Shown: piece after piece, positions 51,966 through 62,139 of the stretch
Numbering within the stretch: position 1 is the stretch's first letter
Layout of the letters: each line of letters starts with the position of its first letter
Source: an uncultured Syntrophobacteraceae bacterium
GTDB taxonomy: Bacteria; Desulfobacterota; Binatia; UBA9968
Direction: 5' to 3'
Assembly (NCBI GenBank): GCA_964572145.1
Contig: CAZNES010000006.1
Location: 22,603 to 86,602, forward strand
Length of the DNA stretch: 64,000 bases
The notes under the pieces: generated by a model
Told to the model about the DNA's origin: nothing
Seen by the model: only the letters and a program-made list of their open reading frames with translations
Database searches by the model: none
Position numbers and translations under genes: made by a program

Positions 51966-52757
51966 ATGGAAATCAAGACGCCGCGGCTTGCGGTGAAGAT
52001 GAGCGCCCAGGAGGCAAAGGCGTATCTCGATGCGGTGAATGCGAAGGTCATTCGCCGTTGGGAGGAGCGGGTGACTCAGGGCGCCTTCATGAAAGCGCTT
52101 ACGCAGGGAAGCTTGCCGCTGCCGGTCATTCGACTTTTTTTCAAAAACTGGGGCGCGTTCACGATCGAGATCAATACGCTGATCGCCGCTTCGTATCATA
52201 AGCATCTCGGCTTCTTTAAAAGGCACGTCGATCTTCTCGGGCCGTTCGGCGCCAAAATCGCCGATGAATTCATCCATCCGAAGCCGCCGGGCCACGTGCT
52301 GGTCATGCTGCAGACGGCGAAAGCCCTTGGCCTTTCGGAAGCTGACGTTCTGCGCCAGCCGATGCTGGCCGAGGCGCGCGCGATCCTCGACTTCAAACGC
52401 GCTCTCCTATGGGAGGGGACGGTCGCGGAATGGTGGTTCTCGATGCTGACCGAAGAGCCGATCGGTCATTGGGCGGCAACCTGGTATCGGGCGCTGACCA
52501 AGCAGTATGGCTTCACCGGCGAGCAGACGATTTATTTTTCCACGCACGAAGAGGCGGATTTGAAGGAACATGACGACGGCGTGATGGGCCACGGCAGTTT
52601 CAACCGCGCGGTCATGGAACGGATTCTGATGGACGGCTACGCCGACGTGCGCGAAGGCTACAATCTGGAATACTGCGCTCTAACCGCGGTGGATCTCTAC
52701 GGCGTGATGCATCGCGGCGTTTACGAACATGGAATGGCCGAGGCGGGTAAAAAGTGA
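51966..52757 (+). CDS. haem-oxygenase-like fold protein (TenA/PqqC family)
   Basis: 263 aa all-helical, ..EEADLKEHDDGVMG.. ; weak family assignment. Confidence 0.45.
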   Translation: MEIKTPRLAVKMSAQEAKAYLDAVNAKVIRRWEERVTQGAFMKALTQGSLPLPVIRLFFKNWGAFTIEINTLIAASYHKHLGFFKRHVDLLGPFGAKIADEFIHPKPPGHVLVMLQTAKALGLSEADVLRQPMLAEARAILDFKRALLWEGTVAEWWFSMLTEEPIGHWAATWYRALTKQYGFTGEQTIYFSTHEEADLKEHDDGVMGHGSFNRAVMERILMDGYADVREGYNLEYCALTAVDLYGVMHRGVYEHGMAEAGKK

Positions 52758-52767
52758 GGTTGAGGTA

Positions 52768-53592
52768 ATGAAGAAAAAAAATTCATCGAAAATTATATCA
52801 TCGACCGTGCGCCTGGGCGGCGGCATGTCCGGTTTCCGCGCGCTGCCGAAAGCGAAGGGCAAACGGCCCGCAGTGATCCTTTTTCACGAGCGCTACGGGA
52901 TCGTGCAGCATACGAAAGACCTGGTCGTAAAGTTCGCCCAGGCGGGATACGTGGCTCTGGCGCCGGATCTCTTCTGGCGCTTCACCGGCGACAAAAAAGC
53001 GCTGGCGCGCGGCGAGGCGCGCGCCGACATGCGCGACAGCGAAGCGCTCGAGGATACTGCGGCGTCGCTCGAATATTTAAAGAAGCAGGGCTCGGTGGAT
53101 CCTGCGCGGATCGCGGTCATGGGTGTTTGCCAGAGCGGACGCCAGGCCGTGCTGCCGGTGACCCACGGCATGAATGTCGCCGCACGCGTGGTTTTTTACG
53201 GCGCTGCCGGAGGAAAAGAATGGACGACCGACGAGTTCCGGCCGGTGCTGATCGAAACCCTGCTGGAAAAACTTTCCTGTCCGCTCTTGGGAGTTTTCGG
53301 CGAGGCCGATCACATCATCTCCGTGGACGACGTGCTGAGATTCCGCGCCGCTCTGGAGCGGAACAAGAAAAGCTATCATATTCGGATCTATCCCGACGCG
53401 CCGCACGGTTGGCTCAACGACACGATGCCGGGGAGATACCGCAAGGAAGCGGCCCGGGATGCCTGGAATTTCCTGCTGAGCTATCTCAAGAAGACGATGA
53501 GTCAAGGCTCGAACAAGGGAAGGATCTCCTGGACGTTCGAGAGCGATTTTTCCGTTGGCTACGATTTTAAGAAAAACGTCCGGATGGAATAA
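52768..53592 (+). CDS. dienelactone hydrolase family protein
   Basis: ..AVILFHERYGIVQHTKDLVVKFAQAGYVALAPDLF..MGVCQSGRQAV..PDAPHGW; start at MKKKNSS. Confidence 0.75.
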   Translation: MKKKNSSKIISSTVRLGGGMSGFRALPKAKGKRPAVILFHERYGIVQHTKDLVVKFAQAGYVALAPDLFWRFTGDKKALARGEARADMRDSEALEDTAASLEYLKKQGSVDPARIAVMGVCQSGRQAVLPVTHGMNVAARVVFYGAAGGKEWTTDEFRPVLIETLLEKLSCPLLGVFGEADHIISVDDVLRFRAALERNKKSYHIRIYPDAPHGWLNDTMPGRYRKEAARDAWNFLLSYLKKTMSQGSNKGRISWTFESDFSVGYDFKKNVRME

Positions 53593-53644
53593 TGACCGGA
53601 AGGCGAGTCCTCGCGGCGCGAGTTTCGGGCCGCGGCCGAGCCCT

Positions 53645-53722
53645 TCGGGATCTCAAATTGAAAATCTCAGATCTCAAAGGATTCCAAATCTGAGATATGA
53701 AATCTGCCATTTGAAATTCCGA
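53645..53722. repeat. AT-rich hairpin repeat (TGAAAT/TCAAAT heptamers; stem ATCTCAGAT/ATCTGAGAT)
   Basis: CTCAAATTGAAAATCTCAGATCTCAAAGGATTCCAAATCTGAGATATGAAATCTGCCATTTGAAATTC. Confidence 0.6.
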
Positions 53723-53737
53723 GCGTAGCGAGGACGT

Positions 53738-54457
53738 ATGCGCGGGTCCAAAGGCCAAATCGGCGCAATCACGCCGACCTATCTCGACGAAGCCGAGGAT
53801 TGGTTTAGAATCGTCCCCGAGGGAGTGAATGTCGTCTTTGCCACTCTGGGCGTCGAAGAGCACACGCCGCAGGAATTTCAAAAAGCGCGCGCGGTCGTGG
53901 AACGCGCGGCGCGCGGGTTGATCAAGCTCGGCGTCGGCGCGGTCGTGCTCGGCGGCTCGCCGCTGGTGATGGCGGGGAAGGGCGAAGGCACGGACGAGCT
54001 TGCGCCTCTGCTGCAAAGGGAAACGGGAGTTCCCGTCAGCACCGGCCAGGAAGCGGCCGAGCTGGCGCTCGGCATGTTGAAAATAAAAAAACTGCTGCTC
54101 GTCACTCCCTATAAGGAGAGCTTGAACGAAGGCATGAAGCGCCGGCTCGAAACGCGCGGCTTCGAAGTTCTCGCACTCAAAACCGCTCTATGCCCCGGGC
54201 CGGCCGAGATGTCGCGGCTCTCGCCCGACCTTCCGCTCCGTCTCGCGCGCGAGGCTTTTCGCGAAGCGCCACACGCCGACGGTATCTACATCCCCAATCC
54301 AAAGTGGCAGCCGCTCGGCGCGATCGAGGCGCTCGAACGAGATTTTAAGATTCCCGTCGTGACGACGACTCAGGCATCGGCCTGGTGGGCGCTCAAAATG
54401 CTCAAGATCAAAGAGGCGAGACCCGGATACGGGCGGCTTTTGAAGGAGTGTCTATGA
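53738..54457 (+). CDS. Asp/Glu/hydantoin racemase superfamily (maleate isomerase / arylmalonate decarboxylase-like)
   Basis: 239 aa; ..GAVVLGGSPLVMAG..; ..LLVTPYKESLNEG.. two-lobed ATC-like fold. Confidence 0.6.
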   Translation: MRGSKGQIGAITPTYLDEAEDWFRIVPEGVNVVFATLGVEEHTPQEFQKARAVVERAARGLIKLGVGAVVLGGSPLVMAGKGEGTDELAPLLQRETGVPVSTGQEAAELALGMLKIKKLLLVTPYKESLNEGMKRRLETRGFEVLALKTALCPGPAEMSRLSPDLPLRLAREAFREAPHADGIYIPNPKWQPLGAIEALERDFKIPVVTTTQASAWWALKMLKIKEARPGYGRLLKECL

Positions 54458-55422
54458 AGCGCAATAAAGATGCGATGGCCCTAGTCGCATTCTTGGTTTT
54501 CTGTTTTATCCCGCAATTGCTTTCGGCCGGCAGCGCTCCCGAGCGCGCGCTGATCGGCACGCCGAGCCGCGGGCTGTTCGAGTTCCCCGCCGTCGTTGCG
54601 ATTCGCAAAGGTTTTTACCGAGATGAGGGATTGAACGTGGACAAAGTCCAGATGCAGCCGGCGATCGGCGTCAAGGCGCTGGTCTCGGGCGACATCGACT
54701 ATCTGCTCGCGTGGGGTTCCACGCTCCGCGCCGCCGTCACCGGCGTTCCGGTCAAGGTCGTCGCCGGCATGGCGTCCAAGCCGTTGCACGTCTTCGTCGT
54801 GCGCGGCGAGATCAAGTCGGGGAAAGAGCTCAAAGGCAAGACGATCGGCGTCGATTCCTTCGCCGGCACCGTGGACTATCTCGCTCGCCTCACCGTGCGC
54901 CACTTCGGCCTCGATCCGGACAAAGACGTGAAAATCATCGTCAGCGGCGAAAGCCCGGTGCGGCTCGCGGCCGTCAAGGCGGGCGCGATCGATGCGACCG
55001 CCATCGACGTGGCGTTCGCGGTCAAAGCCGAAGAGGAGGGAATGCGCCGCCTGCTGAATCTCGCTGAGATCATAGATCTGCCGCTCTCCGGAATCGGTCT
55101 CACCGATAAGAAACTTCAGACCGAGCGCGAGCAGGTGAAAAAAGTCGTGCGCGCCACGCTCCGCGGCACGCGCTTCATGAAAGAGAACCGCGCCGAGACG
55201 CTCGCGATGATGACCGACTATCTTCGCATCACGCCGTCGCAAGCGGCCAAGGCTTACGACGCCGCGATCGGTTCCTTCACCGACGACGGCTACATTACCG
55301 ACAAAGGCGTCATGCTCGACGTGAATCTGACGCGCGAGCGGCTCAAGCTCGCCAAAGAAATCCCGCTGAGCCAGGTCGTGGACTGGAGCTTGCTGAAGGA
55401 GATCAAGGCCGGCATGAAATAG
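54454..55422 (+). CDS. ABC-transporter substrate-binding protein, NMT1/THI5-like, orphan
   Basis: Signal peptide MKRNKDAMALVAFLVFCFIPQLLSAGSA; start overlaps previous stop (ATGA). Confidence 0.75.
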   Translation: MKRNKDAMALVAFLVFCFIPQLLSAGSAPERALIGTPSRGLFEFPAVVAIRKGFYRDEGLNVDKVQMQPAIGVKALVSGDIDYLLAWGSTLRAAVTGVPVKVVAGMASKPLHVFVVRGEIKSGKELKGKTIGVDSFAGTVDYLARLTVRHFGLDPDKDVKIIVSGESPVRLAAVKAGAIDATAIDVAFAVKAEEEGMRRLLNLAEIIDLPLSGIGLTDKKLQTEREQVKKVVRATLRGTRFMKENRAETLAMMTDYLRITPSQAAKAYDAAIGSFTDDGYITDKGVMLDVNLTRERLKLAKEIPLSQVVDWSLLKEIKAGMK

Positions 55423-55450
55423 TTTTAGATTTCTATCTCTTGCGAATTTT

Positions 55451-56032
55451 TTGAAGATCTCACGAACCTTCTACGAACAACCCACGCTTGCCGTCGCCCG
55501 GGAATTGCTGGGCAAATACCTCGTGCGGAAACATCCCGACGGAAAAGCCGTCGGCCGCATCGTCGAGACCGAAGCGTACATCGGACCCAAAGATCTCGCC
55601 TGCCACGCGTCGCGCGGGCGCACGGCGCGGACGGAGATCATGTTTGGCCCGGCGGGCTTTGCCTACGTCTACTTCATCTACGGCGTTTACTATTGCCTGA
55701 ATATCGTGACCGAAGAGGTAGATCACGCGTCGGCTGTGCTGATCCGCGCGCTGGAGCCGGTGGAAGGAATCGAGTTGATGAAGAAGAGACGCCGAACCGA
55801 GGAGCTTCGCAATCTCGCCAGCGGACCGGGCAAACTCTGCCAGGCCTTCGCTATCGATCGGTCTCTGAACGGGGCCGATATTTGCGGCAATATCCTTTAC
55901 GTGGAAGATCGCGGGGATCCGGCACCGAAAATTTTAGCGAGGCCGCGGGTCGGCGTGGACTACGCGGGGAAGTGGAAGGACAAGCGTTGGCGCTTCCTGA
56001 TTCGTGGGAGTGAGTTTGTTTCCAGGCGGTGA
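55451..56032 (+). CDS. mpg: DNA-3-methyladenine glycosylase (Mpg/AAG family)
   Basis: ..LGKYLVRK..GRIVETEAYIGPKDLACHASRGRTARTEIMFGPAGFAYVYFIYGVYYCLNIV.. Confidence 0.85.
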   Translation: MKISRTFYEQPTLAVARELLGKYLVRKHPDGKAVGRIVETEAYIGPKDLACHASRGRTARTEIMFGPAGFAYVYFIYGVYYCLNIVTEEVDHASAVLIRALEPVEGIELMKKRRRTEELRNLASGPGKLCQAFAIDRSLNGADICGNILYVEDRGDPAPKILARPRVGVDYAGKWKDKRWRFLIRGSEFVSRR

Positions 56033-56045
56033 AGGATCGGCGGTA

Positions 56046-57290
56046 TCAACCAATGTCCGAGCGGCTTCGGCGGGCAGTCGGCGAGAAGCGCCAGGCGTAC
56101 CAGGTGGCGCCAAGCCCGCCGATCGCGAGCACCATGAATGCCGGTCCCCAAACGGCCGCGGCTGTATTTTCAGAGCGGCCGGAGAGATCCAGAACGAATC
56201 CGAAGACGGTCGGCGAGATCGCCCCGGCGCTGAATCCGAGAAGAGAGCGAAGCGCCAGCGCCGAGCCGAGATAGCCCGGCGTAACGGCCTCAGTGAGCGC
56301 CGTAGAGAGCACCGGGGAGTCGCCGATCGCGGCGAAGCCGTAGACCAGGATGAGGCCCATAAGAATGGGCACTGGCCAGTTCACCAACCAACCGAGCGTC
56401 AGCGATAACATACCGCCGGCTGCTGCAAGGACGAGCAGGACCGTCCGTCTTCCGAGGATGTCGGATAGATGTCCCATGGTCGAAGCCGCGACAGCGCCAA
56501 CTATGTGCATGGTCGCCGTGAGGTAGGATGCAATCTCCGCGGCTCTGACCGATGCGGCACCGGAGAGCGCCAAGCTCGCCGCAAGGAAGGCCGGCGCCCA
56601 GGCCCACATGCCGAGCAGCTCCCAGCAATGCCACGTGTATCCCGCAACCAGGCGCCAAGCGTTGGCGTCCTTTCGCAGCATCGCTGCCAGTTTCATCTCG
56701 CCCTTGCGCTCGTGCACGGTGTTGGGTACTCGTCGTAGCGCCGCGCACAGGATCACCGCACCGAGGCCCGGCAGAAGGCCGGTCCCTATGAAGGCCAGGG
56801 AATAGCCGCCCCAGGCGAGGAGCGAGCCGGAGACAGCGAGCGAAAATGCGTAGCCCACGGACGTGCTTGAGATCAGCCATCCGACCGCGCTGCCGCGATT
56901 TTCCGGCCTGTAACGCTCCGCCATAATCATGACAGCGGGGGTGTAGTTGCCGCCTTGGGTCAGCGCCGCCAGCGTGTACAGCATAAGCCCGGAAATGTAG
57001 TCTCGGGCGAAGATGCCGAATGCTATCGCCGTTAGCGCGCTGGTTGTCGCGGAAAGTACAAAAAGACGGCGCGGACCGAAACGTTCTGCAAGCCAAGAGC
57101 AAGCGACGAGCGAGACCGTGTAGCCGAGCAAATAGCCCGAGGCGACGCTACCGGCTTGGGTCGCAGACATCGTCCACTTCTCCCTTAGAATCGGCAGGCA
57201 GGCGGCGTAGACCATGAAGTTCGCGTAGGCGAAGATGCGTCCAACGCAGATGGAAAGAAGCCAACCATCGGGCCGCGGGATCCTTTTCAT
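56046..57290 (-). CDS. MFS transporter
   Basis: 414 aa, 12 predicted TM helices. Confidence 0.85.
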   Translation of the reverse strand: MKRIPRPDGWLLSICVGRIFAYANFMVYAACLPILREKWTMSATQAGSVASGYLLGYTVSLVACSWLAERFGPRRLFVLSATTSALTAIAFGIFARDYISGLMLYTLAALTQGGNYTPAVMIMAERYRPENRGSAVGWLISSTSVGYAFSLAVSGSLLAWGGYSLAFIGTGLLPGLGAVILCAALRRVPNTVHERKGEMKLAAMLRKDANAWRLVAGYTWHCWELLGMWAWAPAFLAASLALSGAASVRAAEIASYLTATMHIVGAVAASTMGHLSDILGRRTVLLVLAAAGGMLSLTLGWLVNWPVPILMGLILVYGFAAIGDSPVLSTALTEAVTPGYLGSALALRSLLGFSAGAISPTVFGFVLDLSGRSENTAAAVWGPAFMVLAIGGLGATWYAWRFSPTARRSRSDIG

Positions 57291-57334
57291 TGCGAGGGCC
57301 TTTTCCGAAAGCCGATACGCTTAGGCGAATCGAC

Positions 57335-58204
57335 TTAAACTGAAGGAGTTGCGACAGCCTGTCTAAAGGCGCGGCGGAGATAGACGCCGATCAGATGGCG
57401 CTTGTACTCGGCGCTGCCTTCGAGGTCATCGACGGGATCGGCGGCGGTTGCGAGTGCTTCGGCGGCGTCGGCCAACTGCTTTTCGACTTTGTCTCGCGGA
57501 CCGACTAGCAGCGCATCGGCCTGATCGGAGCGGCAAGGTTTCGCGCTGACGCTGCCGACGACGGCTCTGGCCTTGCCTACGCTGCCGTCGTTATCCAAAT
57601 TAAGAACCAGCGCGAGACCGAGCGTCGGCCGCTCTTTGATTTGAAATTTGAGATACGCCGCGCGTTTGTTCTTGGAGGCCAGCGGAATGTCGATGGCGAT
57701 CAAAAGCTCGTCCGGGGCCAGCGCGGTTTCGTAAGCGCCGGTAATCAGCTCCTCCATTTTTAGAATCCGCTCTTCGCCCCGTCCCTGAACGTGCACGTGG
57801 GCTTCAAGCGCCAGCAGCAGAGTCGCCGGATCGGAGTGGGGCTCGGCAAAGCAGAGATTTCCTCCCAGCGTCCCGGTCGCGCGCACGCGCACGTTGGCGA
57901 CGTGATGGGCCATCTCGGCCAGAACGGGAACGATTTCCCGCACCGCGTCGGACTTTTCAATAGCCCGATGCGTGACCGTCGCGCCGATGCGGAGCGAATT
58001 ATTCCGGGTTTCGATCGTGTTCAGTCCCGGAAGCGGTTTCACGTCCACGAGGTGCTCGTAGCGCAGGAGATCGTGCTTCATCGCGAGCAGCAGCTCCGTG
58101 CCGCCGGCATAGAGGCGGCCGTTCTCGCCGTAGTGCGCCAGCATCTCCGCCGCTTCTTTCACCGTCTTCGGCTGGTGTATCTGGAATCGTCTCAATGGCA
58201 TCAT
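57335..58204 (-). CDS. FAD-binding medium subunit of a molybdenum hydroxylase (CoxM/XdhB-like)
   Basis: ..YAGGTELLLAMK..; ..ATGTLGGNLCFAEPHSDPA.. Confidence 0.9.
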   Translation of the reverse strand: MMPLRRFQIHQPKTVKEAAEMLAHYGENGRLYAGGTELLLAMKHDLLRYEHLVDVKPLPGLNTIETRNNSLRIGATVTHRAIEKSDAVREIVPVLAEMAHHVANVRVRATGTLGGNLCFAEPHSDPATLLLALEAHVHVQGRGEERILKMEELITGAYETALAPDELLIAIDIPLASKNKRAAYLKFQIKERPTLGLALVLNLDNDGSVGKARAVVGSVSAKPCRSDQADALLVGPRDKVEKQLADAAEALATAADPVDDLEGSAEYKRHLIGVYLRRAFRQAVATPSV

Positions 58205-58217
58205 AAAATACTCTCGC

Positions 58218-60512
58218 CTATCGCCTTTCGCCTCTCGCCTTCTTGTCTTTAAGCGCCCGCCATACTTTTTCCGGCGTCAATGGAGCGCTGCGGATGCGCA
58301 CTCCGACCGCGCGCTCGACGGCGTTGGCGATGTTCGCGGGCATGGAATTCAACGACCCCTCGCCGCCGCCTTTGGCGCCGTAGGGCCCGACGCCGTCCTG
58401 ATTCTGCACCAGATGCAGAGCGATTTTTTTCGGCAGGTCCGAAAAGCGCGGCAGGCGGTAATCCAAAATGGACCCGTTCATCAACTGCGGGCCCTGATAA
58501 ACCAGCTCTTCAAAAAGGCCGATGCCCATTCCCATGGTAGCAGCGCCGATGTCCTGACCTTCGGCCAGCGCGGGATTGATTGCCAGTCCGACGTCGCCGA
58601 CGGTGACGAGCTTCTCGACGTTGATCTTCCCGGTCTCTTCATCGACGGCGACTTCGATGCCGGTGCTGACAGTTTCCCAAAAAACCGGGATCTGCGAAAA
58701 CCGTCCAGACTTCCGAATGTAAGCGCGGCCGATGACTTCGCCGTCGGGAAGCGCGTAAAACTTGCTGATGACCTCCGACCAGTTGAGTTGGGCTTCGCCG
58801 CAGCGCACGCCGCCGCGGATGACTTGGATCTGCTCGACCTTCACCTTGAGCACGTCCGCGGCCATCACGACCATCTGCTGGATCGCCTCGCGGCTCGCTT
58901 CCATAACCGCGCTGCCCATGAGCGTCGTCGTCCGACTCGCGCCGGTGGAGCGGTCGTATGGCGTGATCGCGGTGTCGGACGCGACCACGTGAACTTTTTC
59001 GAACGGTACTCCCAGCTCCTCGGCCGCGATTTGCGGGATGACCGTGTGGCTTCCCTGACCCAGCTCGGTGCTGCCGGTCATGATCGTCACCGAGCCGTCG
59101 GCGTGAACGCGCACCGCCGTGGACGTCAGCGGGTAGGCGCCGGCGTCGCTGGTCGAGCAGGCGAGGCTCCGGCCGTGGCCTTTCGCGATCGGCTGATTCC
59201 AGCCGATGGCCTTGGCGGCGATGTTGAGATCTTCCTTAAGCGTGCCGTCGAACGGGCGCATCTTGGGCATGAACTCTTCGCCCGGCTTGGCCACGTTCGC
59301 CAGGCGAAATTCGTAGGAGTCCTTGCCGATCTTGGCCGCCAGCTCGTCGATCTGCGATTCGCCCGGCAGCGTCACTTGGGCGCAGCCGAAGCCGCGGTAA
59401 GAACTCGCCGGGACCGTATTCGTATAGTAGGAATAATTGTCGATCTGCACGTTGGGGATGGCATACGGCCCGACGCAGCGGTTGGTGGATTTCTCGACTA
59501 CGAGCGGACTGTTCTCGGCGTACGCGCCCGTGTTCATGTAAATCTTCGCCTGACGGGCGATGATCTTGCCGTCGGCATCCACCGCCGTGCGCATCCAGGT
59601 AAGGGCGTCGTCGCTGCGCGTCGTCAGCATCGCCTCTTCGATCGTGAGCTGCAATTTCACCGGCCGCTTGGCTTTCCACGAGCATGCGGCCGCCAGCGGC
59701 TCGATCTTGGTGTACGACTTGCTGCCGTAGCCGCCGCCGACGAACGGCACGATCAAACGGACCTGGCTCACGGGCAGGTTGAAAACCGATTTCAAGTCGT
59801 GGCGCACCATGAAAGGATGCTGCGCCGAAGAATAAACCGTGACGCCGGTCTCCTGGACATCCGCGATTGCGACGTAGGCTTCCATGGCATAGGCGTACGT
59901 CATCGGAAAGTAATATTCGGCTTCGACGACGGCCGCGGCTTTTTTGAATGCCGCTTCGACGTCGCCCCATTTGATGTGAGCCTCCTGGCAGATGTTGGTC
60001 CCGCGGCCGGCGGTGACTTCTCCTTCGAAGCCGCGGAGCGCGCCGGCCTCGAACTTTTTTTCGTGCAACAGGGGCGCGTCCTTGGCCATCGCTTCTTGGG
60101 GAGTCAAGACCGGCTTCAGCTCTTCGTATTTCACCTCGATATGTTCGAGAGCGCAGAAGGCCGTGCGTTCGTCGACCGCGACCACCGCAGCCACGGGCTC
60201 GCCGGCATAGCGCACTTTTTCGATCGCGAGCAGCGGATGGTCTTTCACCGCATGGCCGTAATAAGGGTCCAAGCCTTCGAGATCGTTGCCGGTGATGACG
60301 CAGTGAACGCCGGGCAGCGCCGCGGCGTGTGCAGTGTCGATGGAAACAATCTTCGCGTGGGCGTAAGGGCTGCGCAGAACTTTTGCGTAGGCCATGCCCG
60401 TCAGCTTCACGTCGCTTACGTACATGGCTTTGCCGGTAACTTTCACGCGGCCGTCGCGCCGCGGCACGGAATGATTGACTACGTGGAAGTCGGTTTTCTT
60501 TTCCGCGCTCAC
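58218..60512 (-). CDS. molybdopterin large subunit of a xanthine-dehydrogenase-family enzyme
   Basis: 764 aa; ..SSYRGFGCAQVT.. active-site region; aldehyde oxidase/XDH a/b hammerhead and MoCo domains. Confidence 0.9.
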   Translation of the reverse strand: MSAEKKTDFHVVNHSVPRRDGRVKVTGKAMYVSDVKLTGMAYAKVLRSPYAHAKIVSIDTAHAAALPGVHCVITGNDLEGLDPYYGHAVKDHPLLAIEKVRYAGEPVAAVVAVDERTAFCALEHIEVKYEELKPVLTPQEAMAKDAPLLHEKKFEAGALRGFEGEVTAGRGTNICQEAHIKWGDVEAAFKKAAAVVEAEYYFPMTYAYAMEAYVAIADVQETGVTVYSSAQHPFMVRHDLKSVFNLPVSQVRLIVPFVGGGYGSKSYTKIEPLAAACSWKAKRPVKLQLTIEEAMLTTRSDDALTWMRTAVDADGKIIARQAKIYMNTGAYAENSPLVVEKSTNRCVGPYAIPNVQIDNYSYYTNTVPASSYRGFGCAQVTLPGESQIDELAAKIGKDSYEFRLANVAKPGEEFMPKMRPFDGTLKEDLNIAAKAIGWNQPIAKGHGRSLACSTSDAGAYPLTSTAVRVHADGSVTIMTGSTELGQGSHTVIPQIAAEELGVPFEKVHVVASDTAITPYDRSTGASRTTTLMGSAVMEASREAIQQMVVMAADVLKVKVEQIQVIRGGVRCGEAQLNWSEVISKFYALPDGEVIGRAYIRKSGRFSQIPVFWETVSTGIEVAVDEETGKINVEKLVTVGDVGLAINPALAEGQDIGAATMGMGIGLFEELVYQGPQLMNGSILDYRLPRFSDLPKKIALHLVQNQDGVGPYGAKGGGEGSLNSMPANIANAVERAVGVRIRSAPLTPEKVWRALKDKKARGERR

Positions 60513-60988
60513 TTTTTTGTGTCCTTAGACGTCATGCCGGCGGCGCGTTGAATGGCGGCAACTATGGAGACATAGCCGGTGCAGCGGCAGATGTTGCCGT
60601 CCATGTAATGAACGATCTCTTCGCGCGAGGGCTTCGGGTTTTCGTCGAGCAGCGCTTTGGCCGTGAGAATCATTCCCGGCGTGCAGAAGCCGCACTGAAA
60701 CGCGAACTCGTCGAGGAAAGCCTGTTGGATCGGATGGAGCGTGCCGTCGGGCTGCGCCAGTCCTTCGATCGTGACGACGTTTTTTCCGCGCGCTTCATAG
60801 GCCAGCAGCGTGCACGAGCTGACCGGAAGCCCATCGACGAGGACCGTGCAGGCGCCGCAGACCTGAACCTCGCACGAAATTTTCGTTCCCGTAAGATTCA
60901 ACCGTTCGCGCAGGACCTCGGCGAGGGTTTCGCAGTGCTCGTACTCGGTCTCCGTCGGCCGTCCGTTCAGGTTAAAAGAAAGCTTCAT
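60509..60988 (-). CDS. (2Fe-2S)-binding small subunit (CoxS/XdhC-like)
   Basis: ..CEVQVCGACTVLVDG..CGFCTPGMILT..NICRCTGY; ATG start with AGGA RBS; a TTG 6 nt upstream is also possible. Confidence 0.9.
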   Translation of the reverse strand: MKLSFNLNGRPTETEYEHCETLAEVLRERLNLTGTKISCEVQVCGACTVLVDGLPVSSCTLLAYEARGKNVVTIEGLAQPDGTLHPIQQAFLDEFAFQCGFCTPGMILTAKALLDENPKPSREEIVHYMDGNICRCTGYVSIVAAIQRAAGMTSKDTKK

Positions 60989-60997
60989 AAGCAATCC

Positions 60998-61092
60998 TAG
61001 CTGGAGTGTTGGAGTACTGGAGTATTGGAGTGTTGTTCAAGAAAAGTAAACCACTCCGGCTTCATTACTCCATTACTCCATCACTCCATTCT
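60998..61092. repeat. hairpin repeat: (TGGAGTR)x4 paired with (ACTCCAT)x4 in the leader of the S-L-M operon
   Basis: CTGGAGTGTTGGAGTACTGGAGTATTGGAGTGTTG - 16 nt - CACTCCGGCTTCATTACTCCATTACTCCATCACTCCATTC. Confidence 0.7.
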
Positions 61093-62115
61093 TCATTCGT
61101 AGTGCGGCAGGATCTCCTCGGCCCAGAGCGTCATCTGCTTGATGAGACTGTCGATCGTCGGATAGATGATTTTAAGCTCGAAGTGCTGCACGCCCGCCGC
61201 GACGAATTCATCGACCCGGCGGCGCACGTCGTCCACGGAGCCGAAGATATGGCGATCGAGCGCAAATTGCATGCTGTCGATGTTGCGCTCGTAGCTCTCG
61301 CTGCTGGTCTTGAGCGTCGGCACGGCAAGATTGAGTCCTTCGTCTCTGGTTTTGCCGATGGTCGCGAGTTTTTCCACGGCGATGGTGATCTTCTTGGGGT
61401 CGCGGCTGTTCTCTCTCGCCGTCTCGGCCAGGATATCACAACCTGCTTTCATCTCCTTGGGTGACAGCCAGCCGGGGATCCAGCCTTCGCCGTATTTGCC
61501 GGCGCGCTTGGCCGCGAGCTTCATCCAGCCGCCGACCCACACGGGCGGATGCGGCTTTTGCATCGGCTTGGGAAAAATCTCCGCGTTATGAAACTCGATG
61601 AATTTTCCCTTGTAAGAAGCGAGCGGTTGGGTCCAGATCGCTTTCATCGCTTCTATATGTTCATCCGTCCGGTCGCCGCGCTTGTCGTACGACACTCCGA
61701 AAACTCCGAACTCGTCCGACTCGCGCGTGGCCTTTGAGCCCAGGCCGACGCCGACGATCAATCGGCCTTTACACAATAAGTCCAGCGTCGCGTACTGCTT
61801 GGCCGCGTAAATCGGATTGCGGCAAGGCATGACGAGACAAGCCACGCCCAGCGTGATCTTCTTCGTCTCGCCGGCCAGGTACGACAAGATCGTTGTCGCC
61901 TCGTAAAAATTCGCGTCCTGCGCGTCGGTGAGGGCCTCCGCGGCGCCGGAAGAGATGTGGTGGCGGTGCATCTCCGAGCTCCAGACGACGTGGTCGTGCA
62001 CCCAGATCGAATCGAAGCCCAGCTCTTCGGCCTGCTTGGTCGCTTTGACGATGTTCTCGATGCTGGAGAGCGGGCCCGAATTGGGCACGCGCACGCCGAA
62101 CTGAATCTTATGCAT
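61093..62115 (-). CDS. LLM-class (luciferase-like) F420-dependent oxidoreductase
   Basis: 340 aa TIM-barrel; ..ELGFDSIWVHDHV..; ..LIVGVGLG.. Confidence 0.8.
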   Translation of the reverse strand: MHKIQFGVRVPNSGPLSSIENIVKATKQAEELGFDSIWVHDHVVWSSEMHRHHISSGAAEALTDAQDANFYEATTILSYLAGETKKITLGVACLVMPCRNPIYAAKQYATLDLLCKGRLIVGVGLGSKATRESDEFGVFGVSYDKRGDRTDEHIEAMKAIWTQPLASYKGKFIEFHNAEIFPKPMQKPHPPVWVGGWMKLAAKRAGKYGEGWIPGWLSPKEMKAGCDILAETARENSRDPKKITIAVEKLATIGKTRDEGLNLAVPTLKTSSESYERNIDSMQFALDRHIFGSVDDVRRRVDEFVAAGVQHFELKIIYPTIDSLIKQMTLWAEEILPHYE

Positions 62116-62139
62116 GACGGCTCCTAACCTGATTTCCCT

